DNA of 64,000 nt from Nitrospinales bacterium (GTDB taxonomy: Bacteria > Nitrospinota > Nitrospinia > Nitrospinales > VA-1). The notes beneath the pieces were generated by a model. That model was not told where the DNA came from, made no database searches, and saw nothing but the letters and a program-made list of their open reading frames with translations. The stretch is from positions 480,001 to 544,000 of the forward strand of contig OZ253496.1 in NCBI GenBank assembly GCA_965262115.1, given 5' to 3'. A program made the translations under genes and the position numbers. Positions 1 through 10,378 of the stretch are shown piece by piece (the stretch's first letter is position 1; each line of letters begins with the position of its first letter).

Positions 1-349
1 GTTTACGTTTTTCTTTTAACATGACATCCGCGACGCGTTCAATCAGGGTTCCTGACACCCCGGCGGAGATTCTTCCCACCGTCCCCATGCTTGCGGGCAC
101 CACCACCATTGCATCAACACAAAAGGAACCACTGGCAATGGAACTATTCATGCGGGAAGTTTTGTGCAGAGTCACTTGTTCACCTGAAAAATAAGAAGGC
201 GACAAGTCCAACTCCAGCTTCAAAAGTTCAGCGCCCCGCTCCGAGATGATCACATGAACTTCTGCATGGGATTTAATGCAATCAAATAGTCGCTTGCCGT
301 AACAAACCCCGCTTGCTCCCGTTATTGCCAGTACAATTCGTTTCATCAT
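1..349 (-). CDS. ubiX: Flavin prenyltransferase UbiX (3' end runs off the window)
   Basis: Manual translation MMKRIVLAITGASGVCYG...SIASGSF..DAMVVVPASMGT...LIERVADVMLKEKRK; start overlaps the tmk stop (ATGA). Confidence 0.9.
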   Translation of the reverse strand, partial: MMKRIVLAITGASGVCYGKRLFDCIKSHAEVHVIISERGAELLKLELDLSPSYFSGEQVTLHKTSRMNSSIASGSFCVDAMVVVPASMGTVGRISAGVSGTLIERVADVMLKEKRK

Positions 350-951
350 TTGAAATCAAACAGGTCTCCGGTCTCAGCCAAAACAATTTTATGCACTTCG
401 GCAACCGAGTCGACACTATCTATAAATCTTATATTTGGCCCCTCAAAACTTTTAAATATTTTCTGAACATTTTTCAAATAATCCAGTTTTTCAAAAGCAC
501 TTTTCTGGTCGCGAGACGTTTCAATTCTCTCCAGACATGTCTCAGGAGAAGTCAAAAAGATTAAAACCCGATCAGGAATTGGCGCAAAGTTTTCATTTCC
601 CAACTGAATCTGCTTAGGGTCCAGTCCTAAAGCACCCTGGTAAGCCGCCGTCGAGAAATAATACCGATCCATGAGCACTACCTTGTTATCCTGCAACGCT
701 GGCATTATATTCATTTCAATGTCCTCCTTCCGATCATTGACAAACCAGCTCAATTCTTCCTCTGGACTAACGCCTTGCCTGCCTTCACTGAGAAGCCTGC
801 GAATTTTCGTGCCCCATGTTCCCCGAGTGGGTTCGGCCAAAGCAATATTGGGCACCTGTCTTTCGTTCAAAGATTTTGCCAGCAGTTCACACTGAGTGCT
901 TTTGCCTGTTCCGTCTATCCCTTCAAAAACAATTAGAATTCCCTGCTTCAA
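346..951 (-). CDS. tmk: Thymidylate kinase
   Basis: FEGIDGTGKST P-loop, EPT and DRYYFST motifs. Confidence 0.95.
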   Translation of the reverse strand: MKQGILIVFEGIDGTGKSTQCELLAKSLNERQVPNIALAEPTRGTWGTKIRRLLSEGRQGVSPEEELSWFVNDRKEDIEMNIMPALQDNKVVLMDRYYFSTAAYQGALGLDPKQIQLGNENFAPIPDRVLIFLTSPETCLERIETSRDQKSAFEKLDYLKNVQKIFKSFEGPNIRFIDSVDSVAEVHKIVLAETGDLFDFK

Positions 952-1163
952 AACAATCCTTCCTGAAGAATTTAAACCACCCTCAGTCTATAAAAATCGA
1001 ATTATTAAAGATACCCTTACTGGGCAGAGGGCGCAATGTAATAAAATCGGATTTCAAGTTTTAAAGGAGAAAAGGTAGGCAAATGTAGAAGGGATTCTCG
1101 CGAGACAAGATATCAGGCTAATCCCGCAAGAATCCCATGGGGGGAATATACATTTTTGTTAAT

Positions 1164-1563
1164 TTAATACTTAAATTGGCCGACCAGGTTTTGCAGGTCC
1201 GCAGCCATTTTTTCCAGTTCCGTGGCCGCGCTATGAGTCTGGCCAATCCCTTGCGAAGTATCACTGGCCGCCTGGGCCACACCATTAATATTCTCAGTGA
1301 TTTCACTAGCGCCCTTTGCGGCTTGCAAAGTCTGTGTAAAAATATTTTTTGCAGTTTCATACTCGTTTGACGAAACATTCAACAACGCGGCCTTTCCCAT
1401 AGCTTGGATCAACACACGCTGACGACCCAAGGCATCCATGACTATTGAGTTTTCCGCAATTTTTGTGGAATAGTGGTCTATGGCTGCTCCAGCGATCACA
1501 ACAAGAACTGACAAGACGGCAATAGGCTCCATACACTTTCTGTTGAATGGTCAAGGTTTTCAT
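1164..1563 (-). pseudogene. Internally deleted, frameshifted methyl-accepting chemotaxis protein
   Basis: RBS and ATG at 1563 (MKTLTIQQKV) shift frame into a TM helix and LGRQR sensor start, joined directly to an MCP C-terminal tail (ASEITENINGVAQAAS...ELEKMAADLQNLVGQFK). Confidence 0.7.
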
Positions 1564-1959
1564 CCCTCCAACTCCATTGGCAATCGTTTGCGATTTTTAA
1601 CGAAAATTCATTTATGAAAGGGTCAGTTTTCCCAAAATTAATCAGAAGGAATGAGGGACAAATAAATTTTCCGTAATTTTAAATATTGTTTTGCTATAAG
1701 GATTGAGTTTTCTACCATTTAGAATATAAATCTGTCAACAGTTCTTAGCTAAATAGTTTGTTACAATCAGATTAAACCAACAGACTTTTACAATAAGTTT
1801 CCCAGAACCTATAATTCTGACTAAAATTTATTGATAGCGGAAATAATTGCAAGCAGTTGCTTTTTCCCTGCGATTTCAGGATAATAATTTCCAAGCATTT
1901 ATCAATCAATAGTAATTCTGCTTTTTCGTAAAGAATCAAAAAAGAGTGAGGTTTACCTG

Positions 1960-2493
1960 GTGAAAAAATTCTGGAAAGTCTTTGGATGGGTATTTTTAGG
2001 CATATTTTTGCAATTCAAGTTTAACGCCCTGTATGGAATCGTGTTTCTTGAGAACCTTAATTTTCATGACCGGACCTATTGGGTCGAAATGAACATGATT
2101 CCGACAGACGAGAACCTGCGGATATTAAAAGTCAAAACCACGGTTCATCATTCCCTCGGTCCAGACTATTTCGCCAATGTGTATATTCCCGAGCACTACA
2201 AAGTTTTGAACGAAACCCATTATGCCGGGGCGGACCCTCTTCCGGGTTATCAGGCCTATAAAATGAATATGAAACGCAAATATCGCGATGTTTTAGGGGA
2301 AAAACATTTTATAATTGCCCCCTTGAAATTGACTGAGGACATTCCAGCAAAACCAATAAAAGTTCATTTTGAAAATTTGAAGCAACGCCTGCATTCAGAT
2401 GAGACTTACCAAATCTCTACCCTAAAACTTAAAACTCTGCTGGAAGGACCTGAAGTGGCAGAAGCCACCTATCCCCAGAAAATTGGAATGTAG
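1960..2493 (+). CDS. Hypothetical protein with N-terminal membrane anchor
   Basis: 177-aa ORF, RBS GAGG, hydrophobic N-terminus, co-oriented with the next genes. Confidence 0.75.
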   Translation: MKKFWKVFGWVFLGIFLQFKFNALYGIVFLENLNFHDRTYWVEMNMIPTDENLRILKVKTTVHHSLGPDYFANVYIPEHYKVLNETHYAGADPLPGYQAYKMNMKRKYRDVLGEKHFIIAPLKLTEDIPAKPIKVHFENLKQRLHSDETYQISTLKLKTLLEGPEVAEATYPQKIGM

Positions 2494-2504
2494 AAAATCC
2501 GCCC

Positions 2505-3368
2505 ATGGCTCGCCGAACAAAAGAGTTTAAAGACTATTATTCCATTCTGAAAGTTTCCCAGGATTCCAGCCCGGAAGAAATGAAAAAATCATTTCGCCAA
2601 CTGGCTCTTGAGCTTCATCCGGACCACAACCCCAATGACCCGGAAAGCGAAGAGCGGTTCAAGGAAATCACGGAAGCCTATGGAGTGTTGAGCGATCCAT
2701 TAAAGAAAAAGGAATACGACCGGTTTCGGGCCGATCATTTTGCCGGACGCACCACGGGGTCTTCGGATTTTCGCTATTCCCAGGAGGATATTTTTGCCAG
2801 CATGTTCCGCGGCGAAAATGCCCGTGAAATTTTTGAAGAACTCAATCGCGAGTTCAGCCGCTCGGGATTTCGTTCCGGCAATCCGTTTTTCCAGTCCCTT
2901 TTCTTCGGCGGTGCCGTAGGTGGACTTGGGAGAATCCTCCGAATGGTACCGGGTCCGATTGGAAAAATCGGCTTGGGATTAAAGCTGGCTCAAGTTGTCG
3001 GTTCATCCTTGTACGCGCTACACAAAATGAGACAGCAGAATCAACCGGGGCAGACGGTTCCTCCAAAACATGAAAACCCTTTGATGAACGGGATAAAGGG
3101 TATGTTCGGAAAAAAAGAATCCGACAAAAATCCACTGGATATGGATTTTCACCTTTCCATCCCGCCTGTCGAAGCTCTAAACGGTACCCGCAAAAAAATT
3201 TCCTATCAGGTCAGCGGGAAAACCGAAGAGCTGATGATACGCATCCCGCCAAACTTTCCCTCAAGCGGAAAACTGCGCATTAGGGATAAAGGAAAAATCC
3301 ACGACGGAAAACGCGGTGATCTGATTCTTTCCATTCATGTTGATCCGAAAATAAGTCCCGCGAAATAA
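2505..3368 (+). CDS. DnaJ/CbpA-like J-domain protein
   Basis: DYYSIL...HPD J-domain, G/F-rich region, DnaJ_C-like end (GKG...RGDL); no Zn finger. Confidence 0.9.
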   Translation: MARRTKEFKDYYSILKVSQDSSPEEMKKSFRQLALELHPDHNPNDPESEERFKEITEAYGVLSDPLKKKEYDRFRADHFAGRTTGSSDFRYSQEDIFASMFRGENAREIFEELNREFSRSGFRSGNPFFQSLFFGGAVGGLGRILRMVPGPIGKIGLGLKLAQVVGSSLYALHKMRQQNQPGQTVPPKHENPLMNGIKGMFGKKESDKNPLDMDFHLSIPPVEALNGTRKKISYQVSGKTEELMIRIPPNFPSSGKLRIRDKGKIHDGKRGDLILSIHVDPKISPAK

Positions 3369-4063
3369 TGAACAAGCAACAAATCCTCGATTTCTGGATC
3401 GGATTTTTTAAAGATATCCTGATTGGCACTTTCAAAAACCTTTTTTTATTCGGCATTTTAGGCTTTTCACTCGGCGCTCTTGCAACCTATGGCTTTGACC
3501 TGAAGGTGATCGACATCGCCGAATGGAATGTTTGGCTGGAAGGAGCAATTCTAATATTGGTGGGAGTAGGTTATCTCAGTCTCGGTTTAATGCACGGTTG
3601 GATATCCTGCAGCCTGCATCTCCTCGGCAAAAAAATGCGTGAGGCGCTGACCGGACTCCAGGAACTACTGGACTGGCTAACGCGTGAGGTGATTGGACGT
3701 TTTCCAAAATTCCAGAAGAACATCCCCAAACATGAACTGGCAGAAAAGTACGACCAGATCGGAAATGACTTACGCCAGAAGCTGAAACAACGGGGAGGCA
3801 TAACAGGGTTTTCCTCCGGCATCCTGTTTGGAGTCATACTCAAAGCGTTACGCTTTTTTTTCCTGGATGAAGTGGTAGAAGAGCTTCAAAAAAAAGATAA
3901 AGAAGAGATCACGTCTGCCGATATCGAACACGCGGTTCGCAGAGTCGGAACGGAAGTCATGATCGCCCCTATCATCGACAACCTTTTCCTGTTGCAGACC
4001 GTCAATATTATTATCGGTTTGTTCTTTTTCGCCCTGCCCTTTAGTTTGCTCTGGATGATTTAA
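3368..4063 (+). CDS. Hypothetical membrane protein
   Basis: 231-aa ORF with several hydrophobic segments, start coupled to the upstream stop. Confidence 0.75.
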   Translation: MNKQQILDFWIGFFKDILIGTFKNLFLFGILGFSLGALATYGFDLKVIDIAEWNVWLEGAILILVGVGYLSLGLMHGWISCSLHLLGKKMREALTGLQELLDWLTREVIGRFPKFQKNIPKHELAEKYDQIGNDLRQKLKQRGGITGFSSGILFGVILKALRFFFLDEVVEELQKKDKEEITSADIEHAVRRVGTEVMIAPIIDNLFLLQTVNIIIGLFFFALPFSLLWMI

Positions 4064-4150
4064 AAGACTAAAAAAAATCAAATCTATTGCAAGCGGTCTG
4101 TATCTAAATACTTTATACTAAAATCTTTATTCATTAGAGACCCAAATAAA

Positions 4151-5020
4151 TTGATTATGAGTCGTTTTTTCACAACAGTAATTTTTATCATTGGCCTGCT
4201 CCATTTATTATCTTTTCCCAATAAATGCTGGGCCGACCCCATACCCGTTTTCGTAAGCATCTTGCCGCAAAAATACTTTGTCGAACGAATTGGCGGTGAC
4301 CATGTAAAGGTGGGAGTCATGGTGAAACCGAGTGAGAGTCCGGCCACTTTTAATCCCAACCCAAAAAAAATGACTCTGCTCTCCCATGCAAAACTGTATT
4401 TCAGCATCGGTGTGCCTTTTGAAACAATCTGGATTGATCGGGTCCGATCCATCCATCCGGATCTACAATTTGTTCCTTTGCACGATACTCATAGAAACCT
4501 AGAAACCAAGCATGACTCACATCATTCTCATGATTCCAGCGACCCACATATCTGGACTAGTCCGGCAAGAGTCAATATCATGGCACAAAAAATCAAGGAT
4601 ACTCTTGTCCGCATCCAACCGGAGCAGGAAAATTTATTTGAGGCAAATCTTCAGGCATTCTCCAAAGATCTGGACGCACTCGACGGGGATATTCGCGCTA
4701 TCCTCGCCAAAAACGAGAATCGCCGCTTCATGGTTTTTCATCCGGCTTGGTCCTATTTTGCCAAGGACTATGATCTGGAACAGGTTTCTATTGAAGAGGA
4801 AGGCAAAGAGCCTGGACCCCGAGCGTTGCAAAAAATAATTCAAAAGGGCAAAAGGCTTCGGATTAAGGTAATATTTGTGCAGAAGCAATTCAGTCTTTCC
4901 ATCGCCGAGAACATCGCCAAAATGATTGGCGCCACCGTCCGCGAAATGGACCCTCTGGCAGAGGACTACCTGGAAAACATGCGGCGAACGGCTAAAGCCA
5001 TTTCTGGAGCATTGCAGTGA
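4151..5020 (+). CDS. znuA: Zn/Mn ABC transporter substrate-binding protein
   Basis: Signal peptide, His-rich loop, DPHIWTSP, FHPAWSYFA, EGKEP. Confidence 0.9.
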   Translation: MIMSRFFTTVIFIIGLLHLLSFPNKCWADPIPVFVSILPQKYFVERIGGDHVKVGVMVKPSESPATFNPNPKKMTLLSHAKLYFSIGVPFETIWIDRVRSIHPDLQFVPLHDTHRNLETKHDSHHSHDSSDPHIWTSPARVNIMAQKIKDTLVRIQPEQENLFEANLQAFSKDLDALDGDIRAILAKNENRRFMVFHPAWSYFAKDYDLEQVSIEEEGKEPGPRALQKIIQKGKRLRIKVIFVQKQFSLSIAENIAKMIGATVREMDPLAEDYLENMRRTAKAISGALQ

Positions 5021-5763
5021 GTACCGACTCAGTCATCAAAATAAAAAATCTCGACTTCAGTTATGGCGGTCCGATAATACTTGAAAATATCGAGATAGAT
5101 ATCCAGCGTAACGAGTTCATCGGAATGGTTGGCCCGAACGGAAGTGGTAAAACCACCCTGCTGAAAATTATCATGGGTGTTTTGACTCCCGACAAGGGCA
5201 CCGTTAAAGTGCTCGGTAATCCCCCTTCCCAATCGGTTAAAGAAATCGGCTACATGCCGCAGTTCGCTTCATTTTCCCGAGATTTTCCGATCAGTGTGGA
5301 AGAAACCGTATTGATGGGGCGCTTGGGAAAAACTTCCAGCATTGGTTTTTTTAATAAGGCCGACAAACGTGCCGCCGAAAAAGCCATGAACGATGTCGAA
5401 ATTCTAGACCTTCGCAAAAGAGTTATCGGCTCTCTCTCTGGAGGGCAACTGCAAAGGGTTCTGATCGCCCGAGCCCTCACCTGCGAACCACAAATCATGA
5501 TTCTCGACGAACCCACTGCCAATGTCGATATGAAAGTTGAAAAAGATATCTTCGATTTGCTCAAGCAGTTGAATGAGAAAATTACCATCATCGTGGTGAC
5601 CCACGACATCGGTTTCATTTCGCAATACATTCACCGGGTGGCCTGCATCAATCGCACCCTCATCTGCCACCCCACTTCAGAACTAACCGGAGAAACGATT
5701 GAAAATATGTATGGCTCCCATATGCATATGGTGCACCACCATCACGAGGATGAAAAAAAATAA
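5017..5763 (+). CDS. znuC: Zn/Mn ABC transporter ATPase
   Basis: GPNGSGKT, LSGGQ, ILDEP, His-rich tail. Confidence 0.92.
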   Translation: MSTDSVIKIKNLDFSYGGPIILENIEIDIQRNEFIGMVGPNGSGKTTLLKIIMGVLTPDKGTVKVLGNPPSQSVKEIGYMPQFASFSRDFPISVEETVLMGRLGKTSSIGFFNKADKRAAEKAMNDVEILDLRKRVIGSLSGGQLQRVLIARALTCEPQIMILDEPTANVDMKVEKDIFDLLKQLNEKITIIVVTHDIGFISQYIHRVACINRTLICHPTSELTGETIENMYGSHMHMVHHHHEDEKK

Positions 5764-5765
5764 TC

Positions 5766-6587
5766 ATGAGTAGTTTTTTCGATGCAGTTTCATCCCAGGC
5801 ATTTATGCAGAACGCCATTGTTGGCGGCATTCTCGCCAGCGTGGCCTGCGGAGTGGTGGGCTCTTATGTTGTGGTGAAGCGCATCGGTTATCTGGCAGGC
5901 GGCATCTCTCATTCGGTGCTTGGCGGAATGGGTATCGCCTATTACCTGGGCCGACCTCCTATCGAAGGCGCTCTGGTCGCGGCCCTGGTTTTTTCTGTTG
6001 TTCTCGGCTGGGTGAGCCTCAAAATGCAAGAACAGGAAGATACTGTCATTGGCGCCCTGTGGGCAGGAGGCATGGCGGTCGGAATATTGTTCATCTCGCA
6101 AACACCCGGATACAACGTCGACCTCATGAGTTTTCTGTTCGGCAATATTTTGATGATCTCCTCCGATGACCTGCTCTGGATCGCCGCATTGGATACCCTG
6201 ATTCTGGTCATCGTTTTTCTATTCTATAAACAATTTCTGGCACTATCGTTCGATGAAGAGTTTGCCCGCCTGCGTGGCATTCCCGTTGAAAGATTTTATT
6301 TGCTCTTTCTTTCTCTCGTTGCGCTGACCGTCGTGATTTTGATTCAAATTGTCGGACTGATTCTAGTGATCGCATTGTTGACGCTTCCGGCGGCGGTCTC
6401 CGGTCATTATGTCCGTTCACTAAATCTGATGATGCTGTTGGCCACTGTTCTTGGAATCTTTTTCACCACCGGAGGACTGGCATTGTCTTATCAACCCGAT
6501 TTGCCACCTGGCCCCACCATCATTATGCTAGCCGTGGCCTTCTATCTGGTGTCTTTGGTCATCACTCGATTTTGGAAAAGGGCCTGA
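5766..6587 (+). CDS. znuB: Zn/Mn ABC transporter permease
   Basis: ABC-3 family motifs (ISHSVLGG, SFLFGNI, SFDEEFARLRG). Confidence 0.92.
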   Translation: MSSFFDAVSSQAFMQNAIVGGILASVACGVVGSYVVVKRIGYLAGGISHSVLGGMGIAYYLGRPPIEGALVAALVFSVVLGWVSLKMQEQEDTVIGALWAGGMAVGILFISQTPGYNVDLMSFLFGNILMISSDDLLWIAALDTLILVIVFLFYKQFLALSFDEEFARLRGIPVERFYLLFLSLVALTVVILIQIVGLILVIALLTLPAAVSGHYVRSLNLMMLLATVLGIFFTTGGLALSYQPDLPPGPTIIMLAVAFYLVSLVITRFWKRA

Positions 6588-6588
6588 G

Positions 6589-7206
6589 ATGAGCGACGCC
6601 TGTTCTCAATTAGAAAAAGATCTCGCTTCCCCACACGGCCCCAAGCGCAGGATTCTCTGGATCGTTCTTGTTCTCAACCTCATTATGTTTTTTGTCGAAG
6701 GAATTTCCGGGTGGCTGGCACAATCCAACGCCTTGATGGCCGATGCCCTCGATATGCTGGGCGATGCCGCGATTTACGGATTTTCCCTTTTCGTCATTCA
6801 ACTCGCCCCCATTTGGAGAACCCGAGCCGAGATTCTCAAGGCTGTCATCATGAGCCTTTTTGCGTTCGGCGTATTGGGCTCCGCCATTTACCGGGTTTCC
6901 CATCAAGCAGTTCCCCTAGCCACAACAATGGGCATCGTCGGCACACTGGCCCTGGTCACAAACCTGTTCTGCGCTTATTTGCTTCTGCGATTCAGAGATG
7001 ACGATATTAATATGCGTTCGGCCTGGTTATGTTCGCGTAACGATGTGCTGGCTAATCTGGGAGTTTTACTAGCCGCCGGAGGGGTGGCATGGACAAGTTC
7101 CCATTGGCCCGACCTGGCTGTTGGGGTGATCATCTCTGGACTGATCCTGCAATCTTCCTTCGGCATTTTCAAAGATGCCCGACAAGAAATGAAAGAACAG
7201 CACTAG
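6589..7206 (+). CDS. Cation diffusion facilitator (short form without cytoplasmic C-terminal domain)
   Basis: ALMADALDMLGD and NMRSAWLCSRND motifs, WPD; 205 aa. Confidence 0.88.
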   Translation: MSDACSQLEKDLASPHGPKRRILWIVLVLNLIMFFVEGISGWLAQSNALMADALDMLGDAAIYGFSLFVIQLAPIWRTRAEILKAVIMSLFAFGVLGSAIYRVSHQAVPLATTMGIVGTLALVTNLFCAYLLLRFRDDDINMRSAWLCSRNDVLANLGVLLAAGGVAWTSSHWPDLAVGVIISGLILQSSFGIFKDARQEMKEQH

Positions 7207-7319
7207 TGTGCGGACAGTGTGACGCTGGACTCAATAGCAATAACTTTTTTTCCACCTGCAAGCGTTCATAACGGGTTCACAAGGTATGGCAAATGCCTCT
7301 CACCTGCCTCAAGGGGGGT

Positions 7320-9095
7320 TTACGCTGGAGCGCCTAATCGTTCTGTCAGGGAATGGTGCTGATGGTGAGCGAGATAAAGCAGGCCATCGGACAGGGAATA
7401 ATTGTGTGGAAAGGTCATCACCTCTCGTCCCAGCTTTTCGATCAACTGCTGGTACAACTCATTAGTCTCCTCAGGAGTCATGCCTATCGTCGACTCAAAA
7501 GAATAACCCAGGCTCAAATCATGTTCGGGCGGAGTGTATAGTTTGGTGATGCCCCATTCCGCCGGAGCTTTTTCAATCGGCGCGCCCCGCTCCAGATCGA
7601 ACTGGGAAAGGATGGCGGAAAAACCGGGGGAATCCAGCAGGCGCTGGTTATTGAGGATAAAGTTGATTGAGTCCATCACCTCCTCGCGGGTTTCGGTCGG
7701 GAATCCGCAAATCAGGTAAAAGTGCATGGCGATCCCTAATTGCATGCATCGTTCTGCAGTTTCATCCACCCAACTCAACTCAACACCTTTCTTCATCGAA
7801 TCCAAAACCCGCTGGTTGTAAGACTCCAACCCAAAAATAAGTTTGCGGCAACCGGATTTATATAGCAGGTCCATTCTGTCGTCTTTGAGCAAGCTTTTCT
7901 CGAACTTGAGTTCGCCCGTCCACTGAACATCCACCTTCTGCTCGATAATCTTGGCAGCAAAGGTTCGGAGAAAATTGATCGGTAGAGCTTCATCGGTGAA
8001 GAAGAAATGATTGCAGTCATATTTTTCCTGCAAAGTTTTAAAATCGTTGACCACATTCTCGGCGTACCGCACATGGAAAGTCATGTGATCGAAAGGAATG
8101 GAACAAAACGCACATTGCTCCCAATAACACCCGCGGGAACCCATCACTGGTAAAACCAGTTCCGGCGAAAGATAAAGGTCCAGAGGCAGACCGTCAAAGT
8201 CTGGGGTCGGCAAGGCATTCAGCTCTTCCTTGGCAAACGGCCGGTTTACTTTCACTTGACCGTCCTGCTTGTATATCAGATTGGGGACTTTACTGAGATC
8301 GCCGTCTCCGCGCAGGTGCTCAACCAGCTTCAGAAGCGGTGTCTCGCCTTCATGCACAATAAAGCTGTCAACAAAATCAAAAAGGTGCGAACCGTCCTTT
8401 TCCAAACGATCCACCAGTTTGGTGAACACGCTTCCGCCAATGGTGATATGGATTTCGGGGCGGTTCTGTTTGACCAGATAAGCCAGGGTCAGGCCGGAAA
8501 TGATTTGCTCCACCGAGGTGATGGAGATGCCAAAAATGTCAATGTCTTCATGGAGAATTCCCGGCAGATACCATTTCTCGTAGAGGTCGTAGAAAAAATT
8601 TTCTTCCGGGTGATTGAAAGAGTCGATCACCTCTTTAGAGGAGTACGGGGAAAACCGCATCTGACTGCCGATGACGGTCAACTGCGACGGATAATAAGGC
8701 GCGAGAATATTATCCAGCCAGACATCCATGATCTTGAGATTTTCCATATACTGGTCGATCTCATAGAACTCCTGACTGCGTTGCGAGGCCACGGCAGAGT
8801 CGATCTGGTCTTTCAAGGCCATGACGATCTCTTCCGCTTCGCGGAGTTTGTTGAACTTTTCCGCTTCCTCCTGCGTCAGTCTGGGCTTGGCACTCAGTTC
8901 ATTCAACTCACGAATGATGCGCTCGTAAAGCGGTTTGGTTTTCTCCCAAGTACACAAGTCATTGAGCAACTCAATCGCCAGATCATGCTGGACGACATCG
9001 TGCACCCCATGCATATTGAGAAACGCCTTAAGGCTGGGCAAGCTCAAATAGGGTTGCGATGGATGCCAGGATGTTGGGAAAACCAGATAAATCAT
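7320..9095 (-). CDS. B12-binding radical SAM protein
   Basis: P-YLSLPSL N-terminus, cobalamin-binding-like GGS/EGE region, SRGCYWEQCAFC CX3CX2C motif. Confidence 0.88.
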   Translation of the reverse strand: MIYLVFPTSWHPSQPYLSLPSLKAFLNMHGVHDVVQHDLAIELLNDLCTWEKTKPLYERIIRELNELSAKPRLTQEEAEKFNKLREAEEIVMALKDQIDSAVASQRSQEFYEIDQYMENLKIMDVWLDNILAPYYPSQLTVIGSQMRFSPYSSKEVIDSFNHPEENFFYDLYEKWYLPGILHEDIDIFGISITSVEQIISGLTLAYLVKQNRPEIHITIGGSVFTKLVDRLEKDGSHLFDFVDSFIVHEGETPLLKLVEHLRGDGDLSKVPNLIYKQDGQVKVNRPFAKEELNALPTPDFDGLPLDLYLSPELVLPVMGSRGCYWEQCAFCSIPFDHMTFHVRYAENVVNDFKTLQEKYDCNHFFFTDEALPINFLRTFAAKIIEQKVDVQWTGELKFEKSLLKDDRMDLLYKSGCRKLIFGLESYNQRVLDSMKKGVELSWVDETAERCMQLGIAMHFYLICGFPTETREEVMDSINFILNNQRLLDSPGFSAILSQFDLERGAPIEKAPAEWGITKLYTPPEHDLSLGYSFESTIGMTPEETNELYQQLIEKLGREVMTFPHNYSLSDGLLYLAHHQHHSLTERLGAPA

Positions 9096-9178
9096 TTTAA
9101 TAGAAACCTAACGCTATTTTAATTTGGGCAACATATAGTTCTTTTTGAACTTGCCGGAATATGAAAAACTACTCTATT

Positions 9179-9258
9179 CGTCATCGCGAGCGACCAAAGG
9201 GAGCGCGGCGATCCAGAAATCTGGATTGCTTCGTTGCTACTAGCTCCTCGCAATGACG
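9179..9258. repeat. REP-like palindromic intergenic element
   Basis: CGTCATCGCGAG...CTCGCAATGACG inverted ends with inner ATCCAGA-AA-TCTGGAT hairpin; related half-copies at 13818-13890. Confidence 0.7.
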
Positions 9259-9318
9259 AGTCAAGCCGAGACAATTCTTTGCTCGCCAAATAAAGCGATT
9301 GCACATAGCCACCGACGG

Positions 9319-9645
9319 CTACGCCGGTTTGGGAGCCATAAAAACCAGCATGACCAGTTTATCATCAGTGTGGTTCACCACTCCGTGATCCTCACCAGAT
9401 GGAGCCAGGGTGATTTCGTGTTGCGAAAGCACTTTTTCTTCCGCCCCCACGGTCACCTTTCCCTGCCCTTCGAGCACATAATAAACCTTGTCGGACCCCT
9501 CATGGGAGTGGACTTTCTGGAACTGACCGGGCTCAAGACAGTATACATCACAAAAGAAATTGTCCGTGTCAAACAGGCTGATTTTTTTCATCTTTTCGGA
9601 ATTGAACTCAAACACATCCCGAACATTGACCACTTTCATTCCCAT
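9319..9645 (-). CDS. Cupin domain protein
   Basis: HSH...YYVLEGQG...PSGEDHGV cupin motifs. Confidence 0.88.
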   Translation of the reverse strand: MGMKVVNVRDVFEFNSEKMKKISLFDTDNFFCDVYCLEPGQFQKVHSHEGSDKVYYVLEGQGKVTVGAEEKVLSQHEITLAPSGEDHGVVNHTDDKLVMLVFMAPKPA

Positions 9646-9835
9646 ATCTCAAATCCCGTTAATTGGATTGTTGACCTGCCACCGGCCGGTTAGTTTCCAT
9701 CCACAATTTGCCAAGGGACCGTCTATCGCTGGCGGACAAAAACCCTCAAATTTTCATGAGGTTAGAGATGATAACATAGAAGGTGAATCAAGCCAAAAAA
9801 AATAGGTTTCGCAGATTTGGCACGGCCCTATTTTA

Positions 9836-9864
9836 TTGACATCCTCTTTGCGATCCACTATTTT
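9836..9864 (+). promoter_or_regulatory. Sigma70-like promoter for tRNA-Pro
   Basis: TTGACA-17 bp-TATTTT upstream of the tRNA. Confidence 0.55.
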
Positions 9865-9942
9865 GAAAAACATTCTATAGACGGAGATGCGAACAAGATA
9901 CAATCAACGCATCCCGGCACACATTCCAAGATCATTAGAATT

Positions 9943-10020
9943 CGGGACGTAGCGCAGCCTGGTTAGCGCACTTGACTGGGGGTCAAGGGGTCGGAGGTTC
10001 AAATCCTCTCGTCCCGACCA
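9943..10020 (+). tRNA. tRNA-Pro(GGG)
   Basis: Cloverleaf: acceptor CGGGACG/CGTCCCG, anticodon arm CTTGA-CTGGGGG-TCAAG, GGTTCAAATCC, encoded CCA. Confidence 0.97.
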
Positions 10021-10030
10021 TTTTTAATAC

Positions 10031-10066
10031 AAGGGGTTAACCGGAAACGGTTAGCCCTTTGGTTTT
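10031..10066 (+). terminator. Hairpin/intrinsic terminator after the tRNA
   Basis: AAGGGGTTAACCG-GAAA-CGGTTAGCCCTTT followed by T-rich sequence. Confidence 0.6.
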
Positions 10067-10378
10067 GGATGGCATTTCGCCAAGAATCACGTTTTGAGTG
10101 GGGTTGCCGGAGGAAAGCGGGGTGAACTGCTCGACCTGCATTCTACGCTTCGTTTTTTGTTTCGAAACCTTACTTTGATGACCTTCTAGCAGCATCTATT
10201 AAATCTTTACTCTCACTGATGTACCAAGAATACATGGCCCCATGCTTTGTTTTGAGAATTACTGATTCCGCAAAATAGCCAGCTTTATTACTACATATGG
10301 GGCCAAGGTTTATTGCAATAACGCCTGTTTTATCTCCCCGAATAGATTCTTCATGAGTACTCCCAACGTCCGCTTAAA

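Noticed and set aside
4087..4104. Zur/Fur box upstream of znuA (TTGCAAGCGGTCTGTAT)
   Set aside because: Only one half-site is convincing; cannot be supported without a lineage-specific matrix
7226..7251. Short similarity to 53642-53669 (CTGG.CTC..TAGCAATAACTTT)
   Set aside because: Too short and too far apart to call an att site or element; may be remnants of a common gene end
8256..9122. 288-aa + strand ORF, and similar long antisense ORFs at 18007-18669, 20627-21424 and 39617-40153
   Set aside because: Shadows of well-supported genes on the opposite strand, with no motifs
7320..9645. RiPP cluster around the B12 radical SAM and cupin genes
   Set aside because: No precursor peptide, transporter or protease evident
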